Position numbers and translations under genes: made by a program
DNA from: Candidatus Aenigmatarchaeota archaeon
GTDB lineage: Archaea > Aenigmatarchaeota > Aenigmatarchaeia > QMZP01 > QMZT01
Direction: 5' to 3'
Assembly (NCBI GenBank): GCA_036478655.1
Contig: JAZGEG010000010.1
Coordinates: 1 to 29,548, forward strand
Length of the DNA stretch: 29,548 nucleotides
Notes under the pieces: model-generated
What the model saw: only the letters and a program-made list of their open reading frames with translations
Databases searched by the model: none
Told to the model about the DNA's origin: nothing
Shown: positions 15,694 to 24,558 of the stretch, piece after piece
How the letters are laid out: each line of letters begins with the position of its first letter
How positions within the stretch are numbered: the first letter of the stretch is position 1

Positions 15694-16086
15694 ATGGAAG
15701 ATATAGCTCATGCCTTTTCACTTACGGATCCGTTATACGAAACCTGGGAATCTCTGGGTTTTGAGAAGAAATGGGGCAAAAAATATGTTCCATCGCCTCT
15801 GGCCAAGCAGAATGCAGGTTGTATTGTGGGGCAGGATGGCATCAGGGGAACTTTACAGTTGCATTATATGAAGATGAAACGAAAGAGGCGTGGTGTTATA
15901 GGAATTCTAGAGCGTTGTTACAAGAAGTGGAAGAAGAAAGGAGATGGAGTATTTATTCAATTGGATTGTGATGGCAGGAACGTGTCTTTAAAGATAGCCG
16001 GAATATATCAAAATGATCCCTTAAAAATGGGAGAATTTCATGAAGTCCCGATCAATAAATTTGATAAGTATATTGGAAGTCTGTAG
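15694..16086 (+). CDS. Hypothetical protein (possibly PUA/EVE-like fold)
   Basis: AT-rich ORF in its own intergenic space; the ATG at 15694 avoids crowding the divergent glmU start. The fold guess is weak. Confidence 0.65.
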   Translation: MEDIAHAFSLTDPLYETWESLGFEKKWGKKYVPSPLAKQNAGCIVGQDGIRGTLQLHYMKMKRKRRGVIGILERCYKKWKKKGDGVFIQLDCDGRNVSLKIAGIYQNDPLKMGEFHEVPINKFDKYIGSL

Positions 16087-16140
16087 CTGTTAAAAACCAT
16101 TTTTCTAAACTAATAAAAAGCCTGAGTGTTACTACAATTT

Positions 16141-16473
16141 ATGATACCGAAGATAAACCTGGACGGGAAAATTGAAGAAATCGGGGGCAAGGCTTGGAAC
16201 CCAATCGAGGTTGCGATAGTCAATGATCAAGTTGTTAGGATGGCGTTGTGCAGGGGGGAATACCACTGGCATGAACATGCTGATGGGGATGAACTTTTCT
16301 ATGTTCTGAGAGGTGAGCTTACGATACAGATGAAACCCCCGTATTCAGACATAACGTTACGTGAAGGGGAACTGGCAGTAATACCAAAAGGTGTTGAGCA
16401 TTGCCCGAAAAGTTCAGTGGATACGTACATTCTGATGTTCGAACCGCATGCCCTCAAAAGCAGGGGGGATTAG
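16141..16473 (+). CDS. Cupin domain protein
   Basis: Cupin motif 1 YHWHEHADGDELFYVLRG and motif 2 GELAVIPKGVEHCP. ATG at 16141 preferred. Confidence 0.9.
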   Translation: MIPKINLDGKIEEIGGKAWNPIEVAIVNDQVVRMALCRGEYHWHEHADGDELFYVLRGELTIQMKPPYSDITLREGELAVIPKGVEHCPKSSVDTYILMFEPHALKSRGD

Positions 16474-16536
16474 GAGACCTCCCCTTATCCCCGCTAAGAT
16501 TTAGTTATTTAAGAGGGTTGGATCAAATATAAATCA

Positions 16537-17220
16537 ATGGTTGATGAAAGGCTGATCATTTACATAAGAGACTGCCTGAGAAGAGGCCACCCCGTAGATT
16601 CTATAAGACAAACACTGGTCAGTGAAGGCTGGAACAGCAATGATGTAAATGAAGCGATTGACTTTGTTCGGACTCCACCTCCACCCCGACCACCAATGGA
16701 TCGACCAACACCAAAAGCCCCGTCAGAACAGCCAGAACAACAAGCCCAGCCAAAACAACCGCCACAGTCAAAACCATCAACCCACTCAACATCACCATCC
16801 AGGCCAACAGGGATTACAATAATCTGTGTACTCGGTTTTTTGGTTTCTATTTTAGGGCTGGTTAGCGGGATTTTACTGTTAGGTCTTGGCGGACTTATAG
16901 GTGGCATGGGTTTAACGATTGGGGGTGAAACAGCCTCAATTGGTTTGGAGGGATTTGGTTCTTTATTTATGGTATTAGGATTTATTCCGCTCATAGTGGG
17001 CGTAGTTGGCTTAGTGGCTTTCTATCTGTTGCTTAAAATGAAAAAGATAGGCTTGATAATCGTAACCACACTGGGTGTAATAACAATAGCCCAGAGTATA
17101 TTACCAAGCCTGATGTCATTCAGCATAGAAGGCCTTCTGAACCTAAACACTATTCTAATAATTGTTTTATGGGCTGTGATAATCGGTTACCTGTTAACAA
17201 AGAAAAAGCTTTTCGTTTAG
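16537..17220 (+). CDS. Membrane protein with an N-terminal small helical domain, a Pro/Gln-rich linker and about 4 TM helices
   Basis: N-terminus L..YI...L..G.....I...L...GW....V..A, a low-complexity P/Q/S linker, then hydrophobic segments. Confidence 0.8.
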   Translation: MVDERLIIYIRDCLRRGHPVDSIRQTLVSEGWNSNDVNEAIDFVRTPPPPRPPMDRPTPKAPSEQPEQQAQPKQPPQSKPSTHSTSPSRPTGITIICVLGFLVSILGLVSGILLLGLGGLIGGMGLTIGGETASIGLEGFGSLFMVLGFIPLIVGVVGLVAFYLLLKMKKIGLIIVTTLGVITIAQSILPSLMSFSIEGLLNLNTILIIVLWAVIIGYLLTKKKLFV

Positions 17221-17229
17221 TTTTGTTGT

Positions 17230-18159
17230 TTAAACCGCGAAGTTGATCAGCCAGACCAGCCCATACCCTATCAGACACCCCGCTGTGAGGAATGGCATGG
17301 CGGGGTAGAACCGATCCTTCTTCGCCATGGTCAGCAGGAAGAAGAGGAATACCGTGACGATCACGGGGATTATAAGAGCCTGCAGGAAGGCGAAGTTTTT
17401 CGCCAGCACGCCTCCCTTTATCATGGAATCCATCACAACCCCGGCGAAGATCATGGGAAATGCGATGTCCCCTCCCCCTAAAATAGCACTCTTGAATTCC
17501 TCCCTGATTTCTTTGGCTTTCTTTCCCCCCTCTTTGGCCTTTTCGATCTTTTCCTTCACCTTTATCTTATACGAGAGCATAACGCCAGCGAAGGCCCTGC
17601 TCTTTGTCTGGAACTCAGCGAGCCTTATCATGTGCCTCGATTTCCAGACAGCGAACATGTCGTACGCTGAAATCGCCAGGAGGAGAAGGACAGCCCATAC
17701 AATATCGAGCAGGGGAACGAATATTATCGCGATGCCGGCGTAGATGAAGAGCTCCGTGAAGTTGTGCACCCATATGTTGGGTTTGTAGACCTTGAAGAAT
17801 GCGAGGAAAATGCAGAGTACAAGGGCCAATGTGGAATTTATGAACACGCCGATCGTTATCGAGCATGTCATCCACACGGAGAAGAAGAAAAGCGCCTTCC
17901 ATATGCTGATTTTTTTGAACCTGACCAGGAGCAGGATCAGCCCGGTTCCTATGAGTATCGCGACCAGCATGTAGGCGAAGGTTTCAGGGCCGTAGATTTC
18001 CGGGCGTTTCCCTATCGCGGTGTCCTCGTGTTCAACAATTACCTGCCCTTCAGGGGTCTGGGTAACTTTCGTGTTGACGTTCAGGGCGTAAAGGCCGATG
18101 ATCTGGGAGAGGAAGAATATGAGAACCATCAGAACCGTTATAGAAAACGTGTGCTTCAT
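17230..18159 (-). CDS. Presenilin / signal-peptide-peptidase-like GxGD intramembrane aspartyl protease (A22)
   Basis: About 9 TM segments, catalytic YD (SAYDMFAV), LGGGD and a PAL-like YPAMP motif near the C-terminus. Confidence 0.9.
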   Translation of the reverse strand: MKHTFSITVLMVLIFFLSQIIGLYALNVNTKVTQTPEGQVIVEHEDTAIGKRPEIYGPETFAYMLVAILIGTGLILLLVRFKKISIWKALFFFSVWMTCSITIGVFINSTLALVLCIFLAFFKVYKPNIWVHNFTELFIYAGIAIIFVPLLDIVWAVLLLLAISAYDMFAVWKSRHMIRLAEFQTKSRAFAGVMLSYKIKVKEKIEKAKEGGKKAKEIREEFKSAILGGGDIAFPMIFAGVVMDSMIKGGVLAKNFAFLQALIIPVIVTVFLFFLLTMAKKDRFYPAMPFLTAGCLIGYGLVWLINFAV

Positions 18160-18211
18160 TAAATTATTATTGATTGGAATGTTTATTAATCACCTCGGAC
18201 AAAATTAAATT

Positions 18212-18637
18212 ATGGTGTTCCCGATTGGTCCCGTGGAAACGGAAATGGTGATAAAACTTGTTCTTTCAGCAATTCTTGGGGGTCTCGTGGGGTTCGAGAG
18301 GGAGGTACACAGGAAACCCGCTGGCATGAGGACCCATTCACTTGTCTGCATAGGAGCCGCGCTCTTCACGATCATGTCCGTGAATATAATAGGTGCTGAA
18401 CCCTCGAGGGTTGCAGCGGGGATCGTAACGGGTATCGGATTCCTGGGGGCGGGAATGATATTCAAAGCAGAGGACAGGGTCAGGGGTCTGACCACCGCCG
18501 CCGAATTATGGGTCTTGGCCGCAATAGGCCTTGCAATCGGGATTGGTTATTACTTTGCCGCTCTGATCACGACAGTCATCGTCATATTCATACTCATCCC
18601 GCTGAAATATGTGGAAAAAGAAGCGAGGAAGATCTGA
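18212..18637 (+). CDS. MgtC/SapB family membrane protein
   Basis: GGLVGFERE, AGMRTH.LV, RVAAGIVTGIGFLGAG and GLTTAA.LW. Confidence 0.93.
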   Translation: MVFPIGPVETEMVIKLVLSAILGGLVGFEREVHRKPAGMRTHSLVCIGAALFTIMSVNIIGAEPSRVAAGIVTGIGFLGAGMIFKAEDRVRGLTTAAELWVLAAIGLAIGIGYYFAALITTVIVIFILIPLKYVEKEARKI

Positions 18638-18694
18638 AATAGCTAATTTTAATAAATTGTCAGTACATTAATGCTTAATAAGAGAGGTTTTCGC

Positions 18695-21100
18695 ATGCTC
18701 CCGAAAAGATACGATTTCCGGAAGAGCGAGAAGAAATGGCAGAAATTCTGGGTAACGGAGAAGGTATTCAAATTCGATCCCAAATCCAAAAAACCTATAT
18801 TTTCGATAGACACTCCCCCTCCGACTGTTTCAGGGAAGATGCACCTGGGGCATTCGTTTTCTTATTCACAGCAGGATTTCGTGGCGAGGTTCATGAGAAT
18901 GATGGGGTCCGAGATATTCTATCCTTTCGGAACGGATGACAACGGCCTCGCTACCATACGCCTGGTTGAAGGGGAAAGGGGGGTGAAGGGAACGAGTATG
19001 GGAAGGAAGGAGTTCGTAAAACTCGTTCTCGACACGCTCAGGGTGGTGAGACCCGGGTATATCCGAGACTGGAAAAAGATAGGCATGAGCTGTGACTGGT
19101 CGATTTATTACACCACCATAAACGACCACTGCCAGAGGATATCGCAAAAATCCTTCATAGACCTACATAAAGCCGGGAAGATCTACCGGAAGCGCACGCC
19201 ATTCCTGTGGTGCCCTGAATGCCAAACGTCCATCGCACAGGTCGAGATGAAGGACAAGGAAACTGAATCGAAATTCGTTTACATGAAGTTCGACACGAGC
19301 ATAGGAAAGCCAATAGTCATTGCAACAACAAGACCCGAACTTCTCCCCGCATGTGTAATGATTTATGTCCATCCGGATGACAAGAGGTATAAGAAGTTCA
19401 TAGGAGCGAAGGCGAAAATCCCGTTCTCCAGCAGGGAAGTGAATATAATGGCGGACAGGAGTGCTGATCCGGAATTCGGGTCTGGCGCTGTTTACCACTG
19501 CACGTTCGGGGACATGGACGATGTGGAATGGATGGAGAAATACAGGATAAAGCCGATAGAGATAATGAACAAGGACGGGAGGCTGAATGAAAGGGCCGGA
19601 AAATACAAGGGGATGAGTTCACAAGAGGCGAGAAACGCGATCATAGAGGACCTGAAAAAAGAGGGGGGGATTGAAAAGACCGAGCGAATAAAGCACGTAG
19701 TGAACACCCATGAGAGGTGCGGGGCGGAGATTGAAATCCTCATGACAGAGCAGTGGTTCATTCGTTACCTGAACCTGAAAAAGAAATTCCTTAAGGCAGG
19801 CAGGGGTATGGACTGGTTTCCTCCTTACATGCGCTCGCGTTACGATAACTGGATCAAAGGTCTTAAATGGGACTGGAACATCTCGAGGCAGAGGCATTTC
19901 GGGGTTCCCGTGCCATTATGGTTCTGCGAAAAATGCGGAGAAGCTCTGCTCCCGGAAGAAAAAGACCTTCCGGTTGACCCTACCGAGGACAGGCCGAAAA
20001 AAGCATGCAAATGCGGTTCCAGGAAATTCAGGGGCGACCCGGACGTTCTCGATACCTGGGCCACTTCGAGTCTGACCCCGCAAATTGCAGCTGCCATGTT
20101 TCCGAAAATCTATGACAAGCTATACCCCATGTCCCTGAGGCCGCAGGCGCACGACATTATCACGTTCTGGCTTTTCAACACCGTGGTTAAATCCCAGATG
20201 CACGGCAACATCAATCCATGGAAGCATATAATGATCTCAGGATGGGCGCTCGACCCGAAGGGGAAGAAGATGAGCAAATCCAAAGGCAACGTTATCGAAC
20301 CGCAGGATGTTATCGAAAGATACGGGGCGGATTCCCTCCGCTTCTGGGCAGCAGGCTCGAAACTCGGGGATGATCTGCCATACCAGGAAAAGGATCTCGT
20401 GACGGGGAAGAAGTTCTCCATAAAACTCTGGAACGCCTCAAGGTTCGCAATGCTTCACCTGAAGGGATACAGGCCGAAAAGACCGAAAAGTCTCCCCGAA
20501 ATCGACAAGTGGATCCTCTCGAAGCTCAACAATATAATAAAGGTTTCTACCGAGTTTTTCGAGAAATACGAATATTCCAGGACAAAGGCGGAAACGGAAA
20601 ACTTCTTCTGGCACACGTTCTGCGATTATTATCTGGAGATCGTTAAAGACCGCCTGTACAACCAGGATTCCTACGAAAGGTATGAGATAGATTCAGCGAA
20701 ATACACGCTTTACCACGTTCTGCTTTCCATCCTAAAACTAATGGCCCCGATAATGCCTCATATCACAGAGGAGATATACCAGCATTACTTCAGGAAGAGC
20801 GAACACTTGAAAAGCATCCACATTTCTAATTGGCCGAAGTTCGATAGCTCCCTTGCGGACAGGAAGGCCGAAAAGACCGGGGATCTCGCAATCGACGTGA
20901 TAGCGGGCATAAGGAAGTTCAAGTCGGAGAATTCGATCTCCCTTGCTGAACCAATAAAATACGTCACGATAGATTCGAACAGGGTAAAGCCAGTCCTGAA
21001 GGACATACAGAAAACCATGAAGATCAAGAGCATCAAGATAGGGAAGGCGAAAGGGAAAGAGACGGAAACGTTCAGGATAGGGCTGGAGATAGAGAAATAA
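18695..21100 (+). CDS. valS: Valine--tRNA ligase (archaeal type)
   Basis: IDTPPPTVSG.MHLGH, ATTRPEL, DWNISRQR, DTWATS, LRPQAHDII and KMSKS. The ATG at 18695 follows a GAGAGG SD. Confidence 0.97.
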   Translation: MLPKRYDFRKSEKKWQKFWVTEKVFKFDPKSKKPIFSIDTPPPTVSGKMHLGHSFSYSQQDFVARFMRMMGSEIFYPFGTDDNGLATIRLVEGERGVKGTSMGRKEFVKLVLDTLRVVRPGYIRDWKKIGMSCDWSIYYTTINDHCQRISQKSFIDLHKAGKIYRKRTPFLWCPECQTSIAQVEMKDKETESKFVYMKFDTSIGKPIVIATTRPELLPACVMIYVHPDDKRYKKFIGAKAKIPFSSREVNIMADRSADPEFGSGAVYHCTFGDMDDVEWMEKYRIKPIEIMNKDGRLNERAGKYKGMSSQEARNAIIEDLKKEGGIEKTERIKHVVNTHERCGAEIEILMTEQWFIRYLNLKKKFLKAGRGMDWFPPYMRSRYDNWIKGLKWDWNISRQRHFGVPVPLWFCEKCGEALLPEEKDLPVDPTEDRPKKACKCGSRKFRGDPDVLDTWATSSLTPQIAAAMFPKIYDKLYPMSLRPQAHDIITFWLFNTVVKSQMHGNINPWKHIMISGWALDPKGKKMSKSKGNVIEPQDVIERYGADSLRFWAAGSKLGDDLPYQEKDLVTGKKFSIKLWNASRFAMLHLKGYRPKRPKSLPEIDKWILSKLNNIIKVSTEFFEKYEYSRTKAETENFFWHTFCDYYLEIVKDRLYNQDSYERYEIDSAKYTLYHVLLSILKLMAPIMPHITEEIYQHYFRKSEHLKSIHISNWPKFDSSLADRKAEKTGDLAIDVIAGIRKFKSENSISLAEPIKYVTIDSNRVKPVLKDIQKTMKIKSIKIGKAKGKETETFRIGLEIEK

Positions 21101-21128
21101 TTTTAAAACATGCTGTTAATCTTTAAGC

Positions 21129-21497
21129 ATGAGGTTGGCCTTTTTCGTTGTGTTTTGCGTGATATTTCTTTCGGTTACGGTTCACGCCCAAGAATATTGC
21201 AAGGACGGGGAGAAGAGGGTATGCGGAACTGATATGGGAGTGTGCGAATCAGGGAGATCAGTATGCGAGGGTGGAAAATGGGTGGGCTGTGAGGGGCGCA
21301 AAGGACCGGTTTCGGGGATTGATATCTGCGGGAACGGTATGGATGATGATTGCAATGGAGAAATAGATGAGGGGTGCCTTCCTTGGGCGTCATTCATTCT
21401 TGTGGGATTGGTGATTTTTTTCATCGGGATAGGGCTTTACTACACGCAGAAAGGGGAGGGGGGAAGGATCATAACAGAAGGTCTGGGAAAGGATTAA
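21129..21497 (+). CDS. Small secreted, membrane-anchored Cys-rich protein with a MopE-like putative metal-binding motif
   Basis: Signal peptide ending VHA/Q, then C..GEKRVCG...GVC..G...C..G.W..C followed by DICGNGMDDDCNGEIDEGC and a C-terminal TM helix. Confidence 0.8.
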   Translation: MRLAFFVVFCVIFLSVTVHAQEYCKDGEKRVCGTDMGVCESGRSVCEGGKWVGCEGRKGPVSGIDICGNGMDDDCNGEIDEGCLPWASFILVGLVIFFIGIGLYYTQKGEGGRIITEGLGKD

Positions 21498-21544
21498 AAG
21501 CGAATGCGGTTACTCCTTTTACCCCAAAACCTTTTTAAAGCATA

Positions 21545-21617
21545 TTTATATATAAATCCTTTATACAATACTATAAAACCATATCAAATCGAATCTGATT
21601 AAAATATAGAAAGGAGG
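21545..21617 (+). promoter_or_regulatory. Promoter and SD of tuf
   Basis: TTTATATATAAA at 21545-21556 and AAGGAGG at 21611-21617, before the ATG at 21624. Confidence 0.55.
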
Positions 21618-21623
21618 GATAAA

Positions 21624-22895
21624 ATGGCAGAAAAGCCGCATATCAACATCATAACATCAGGACACGTGGACCATGGAAAGTCAACATTGATAGGGAGATT
21701 GCTATTCGATTCAGGAGCACTTGATGAGAACGAAATGAGAAAACTCAAAGAGAAGGCCAAGGAACTCAAGAAAGAAACGTTCGAATTCGCATTCGTGATG
21801 GACAATCTGAAGGAGGAAAGAGAGAGGGGATTGACCATTGACCTCATGCACAAGGAATTCAAGACGGACAAGTTTTATTTCACAGTTATAGATTGCCCCG
21901 GACACAGAGACTTCGTTAAGAACATGATTACTGGAGCTTCGCAGGCGGACGCTGCGATACTCGTGGTTTCTGCGAAGGATGGCATTCAGGAGCAGACGAG
22001 GGAACACCTGTACCTTGCAAAAGTACTGGGCATAGGCCAGATAGTCGTAGCGATAAACAAGATGGACGCGGTTAACTACGAGCAGGCAACATTCAACAAG
22101 ATCAAGGATGAAGTGACGAAATTGCTTCAGACTCTGGGTTACAAAACAGAAAACATGCCAGTAGTTCCTTGTTCTGCTTATGTTGGAGACAACGTTGTTA
22201 AGAAATCAGACAACATGGGATGGTACAACGGACCCACGATTATCGAGGCTTTGGACCAGACAATAACCCCGCCAGAGAAACCACTTAACAAGCCATTGAG
22301 GCTGCCAGTGCAGGACGTTTTCACGATAACAGGCGTTGGGACTGTTCCTGTAGGAAGGGTTGAAACAGGCATTCTGAAACCAGGAGATAAAATAGTCTTC
22401 GAGCCTTCCGGTGCGCAGGGAGAAGTGAAATCAATCGAGATGCATCACAAACAACTCGAAAAAGCAGAGCCAGGAGACAACGTGGGATTCAACGTCAGGG
22501 GTATTTCGAAAACGGACGTGAGGAGAGGAGACGTGGCTGGACATCCGGACAAGCCGCCAACAGTGGTGAAGGAATTCACAGGGCAGATAATCGTTCTTCA
22601 GCACCCGACTGTGATAACGAAAGGTTACACACCTGTATTCCACTGTCACACGGCGCATGCCGCAGGTAAAATAACAGAACTTGTCAAGAAACTCGACCCC
22701 AAAACTGGATCGACATTGAAGGAAAAACCGGATATGCTGAAGCCTGGTGACGCTGCTGTGATAAAGATCCAGCCCACACAACCGATAGCACTCGAAAAAC
22801 AGTCTGACTTCCCTGAGCTTGCGAAGTTCGCAATCAGGGACATGGGCAAGACAATAGCAGCAGGAATCGTGATCGATGTCGTGAAGGCGAAGTAA
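21624..22895 (+). CDS. tuf: Translation elongation factor EF-1alpha (archaeal)
   Basis: [51 protein letters not shown] and FAIRDMGKT. The eukaryote/archaea-type insertions are present. Confidence 0.98.
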   Translation: MAEKPHINIITSGHVDHGKSTLIGRLLFDSGALDENEMRKLKEKAKELKKETFEFAFVMDNLKEERERGLTIDLMHKEFKTDKFYFTVIDCPGHRDFVKNMITGASQADAAILVVSAKDGIQEQTREHLYLAKVLGIGQIVVAINKMDAVNYEQATFNKIKDEVTKLLQTLGYKTENMPVVPCSAYVGDNVVKKSDNMGWYNGPTIIEALDQTITPPEKPLNKPLRLPVQDVFTITGVGTVPVGRVETGILKPGDKIVFEPSGAQGEVKSIEMHHKQLEKAEPGDNVGFNVRGISKTDVRRGDVAGHPDKPPTVVKEFTGQIIVLQHPTVITKGYTPVFHCHTAHAAGKITELVKKLDPKTGSTLKEKPDMLKPGDAAVIKIQPTQPIALEKQSDFPELAKFAIRDMGKTIAAGIVIDVVKAK

Positions 22896-22900
22896 AACAC

Positions 22901-22927
22901 TTCCCTTTCTTTTTCTTTATTTTTATT
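22901..22927 (+). terminator. Oligo-T / pyrimidine-rich archaeal terminator after tuf
   Basis: TTCCCTTTCTTTTTCTTTATTTTTATT directly after the stop codon. Confidence 0.7.
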
Positions 22928-22929
22928 CA

Positions 22930-22951
22930 GAGTTAGATGTACATCTAACTC
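22930..22951. repeat. Perfect 22-bp palindrome
   Basis: GAGTTAGATGTACATCTAACTC equals its own reverse complement. Confidence 0.9.
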
Positions 22952-22998
22952 CAGAAAATCCTGCACAATAAGCGTATAAAGGTTCGGAACAAACGAAA

Positions 22999-23277
22999 GT
23001 GAATGGGGAGAGCTATCTATCTGAAATATTCCGTTTGATCGGAGCAGCAAGGTATCTGGGTAGCTCAAGAAAGAAAGACCGAAAACACGGGGAGAAAATT
23101 TACGATTCTGTTGTGGGGAAACTTCATCACGAATCCAGGCACGGCCTCAACGCCAAAGAGCTTCTCAACCTTTACGAGTACAGCCATCTTATAGGAAGTT
23201 GTGATTACAATAAAGCTGAAAAGTTCGCTCAGAATTGGTTTGACAGGGAATGGTATGATTTTATTTCATTTCTGTGA
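22999..23277 (+). CDS. Hypothetical protein (92 aa)
   Basis: ORF with a GTG start about 20-25 nt after GTATAAAG (leaderless geometry). No motif recognised. Confidence 0.55.
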   Translation: MNGESYLSEIFRLIGAARYLGSSRKKDRKHGEKIYDSVVGKLHHESRHGLNAKELLNLYEYSHLIGSCDYNKAEKFAQNWFDREWYDFISFL

Positions 23278-23310
23278 TCAATATCACAATTTAAAACTTT
23301 CTGGTAAACA
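23273..23310 (+). promoter_or_regulatory. Promoter-like element copy A: TGTGA-N6-TCACA inverted repeat followed by TTTAAAA
   Basis: TGTGATCAATATCACAATTTAAAACTTTCTGGTAAACA. The inverted repeat is at 23273-23288 and the TATA-like box is about 25 nt before the ATG at 23317. Confidence 0.6.
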
Positions 23311-23316
23311 TAAATC

Positions 23317-23607
23317 ATGAGGATCCTAGGCAGAAAAGTGGAACTGTACGTGGAAAGCGGGAAATACGCCGTTTTCATGGGTCCGAAAGAACCTGGCAAA
23401 AAAATTTGCTTCTATGTTGACCTTGCAAAAATTCTTCAAAGGAAACCGTCTACTCCAGATCCCCACGAAGAAGGCGCTCTCTTGAGCTTAAAAAACAGTC
23501 AAATTGATGATTTTCTGAAATACGGGAACCAGCTGGATGATGAGATGAAGGAAGCTGTTCTAAACACAATAGAATCTTTAGAAGCAGTCGCTCCTTCTGA
23601 ATGTTAA
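23317..23607 (+). CDS. Hypothetical protein (96 aa)
   Basis: ATG-started ORF behind a TATA-like box. No motif recognised. Confidence 0.65.
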   Translation: MRILGRKVELYVESGKYAVFMGPKEPGKKICFYVDLAKILQRKPSTPDPHEEGALLSLKNSQIDDFLKYGNQLDDEMKEAVLNTIESLEAVAPSEC

Positions 23608-23619
23608 TTTACCTTTCTT

Positions 23620-23656
23620 TGATCACTATTAGAATTTAAAACTTCCGGGATAAACA
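23620..23656 (+). repeat. Promoter-like element copy B (imperfect direct repeat of 23275-23310)
   Basis: TGATCACTATTAGAATTTAAAACTTCCGGGATAAACA. It matches copy A at 31 of 37 aligned columns by hand, including the exact 12-mer AATTTAAAACTT. Confidence 0.75.
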
Positions 23657-23664
23657 CAGATGTT

Positions 23665-24513
23665 TTACCTCTCTTTAAGTTCCCTTTCTATCGGCTCCTT
23701 TACGAGCAGGGAATTCGGGAGGATCACGTTCTTTTTGTTGACGCGGAGCAGGACCGAGAAGGGATCGATCCTCTCGACCACCCCGGAATGCTTGCCAACC
23801 TTTATCCTGTCCCCCACCTTCAGCGTGTTTTTAAGGTGGATTCCTGCTGTGAAATTCGGGATGAGATCCCTCATGCCCATGGAGAAGACTATGACTATCA
23901 CAGCTAACAGGGCGGAGAAGAAGATCAGCATGGCATTTATGTCAAGTCCTACCAGGCCTAAAGCTATTATGACGGCTATCATTGATATCGAGTATTTAAT
24001 CAGGCCTCCTGAGAACTTCGCGAGCACGTCCTCCCTTAACAATTTTCTGGCTCCCTCCTCGAAAACCTTGCCGAAGAAATCGGCTATCATGAATCCTATT
24101 ATGACCGCGAGTATCGCGAGTATTACCTTGGGGACGAAAATTATGATCTGATTGAACAGTCCGGCAACAGTGGCGAAACCAAGAACCTGGACAACAACAG
24201 CCAGCGTTAGTATGTAGATACTCCATTTGATAAGGTCTCCTATGAATTCCACCACGTCCCCTTTGTATCCCGTCGCTTTCAGAACGTCTTCTGTCCACGT
24301 GCGGGCGGTCATCCTCCTGAGGCCCGTAACGTAAAGAATTTTCCCGACAATCGCTTTCGATATCCTCCCCGCTATGTAACCGACCACGATTATCAAGACT
24401 ATCTGGATTATCAATTGAATGTTCGGAACAATGTATTTAGGAAAAAGTTCCTTCAAAAAGTTGACGATCCACGCATAGGTTGATTGTAGGAAGGCGTTGA
24501 TATCGAAAGCCAT
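23665..24513 (-). CDS. mscS: Small-conductance mechanosensitive channel family protein
   Basis: Multiple TM helices, ALGLVGLD, DLIPNFTAGI, KVGDRIKVG..SGVVERI and ILPNS. Confidence 0.88.
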   Translation of the reverse strand: MAFDINAFLQSTYAWIVNFLKELFPKYIVPNIQLIIQIVLIIVVGYIAGRISKAIVGKILYVTGLRRMTARTWTEDVLKATGYKGDVVEFIGDLIKWSIYILTLAVVVQVLGFATVAGLFNQIIIFVPKVILAILAVIIGFMIADFFGKVFEEGARKLLREDVLAKFSGGLIKYSISMIAVIIALGLVGLDINAMLIFFSALLAVIVIVFSMGMRDLIPNFTAGIHLKNTLKVGDRIKVGKHSGVVERIDPFSVLLRVNKKNVILPNSLLVKEPIERELKER

Positions 24514-24558
24514 AGAGTTTTTTTGTGATTAGTATATATAAATGCAAATTTTCAGAGT

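Noticed and set aside
16670-16800. CA-rich repetitive stretch as a tandem repeat or CRISPR array
   Set aside because: It encodes a Pro/Gln/Ser linker within a CDS and has no fixed repeat unit or spacers.
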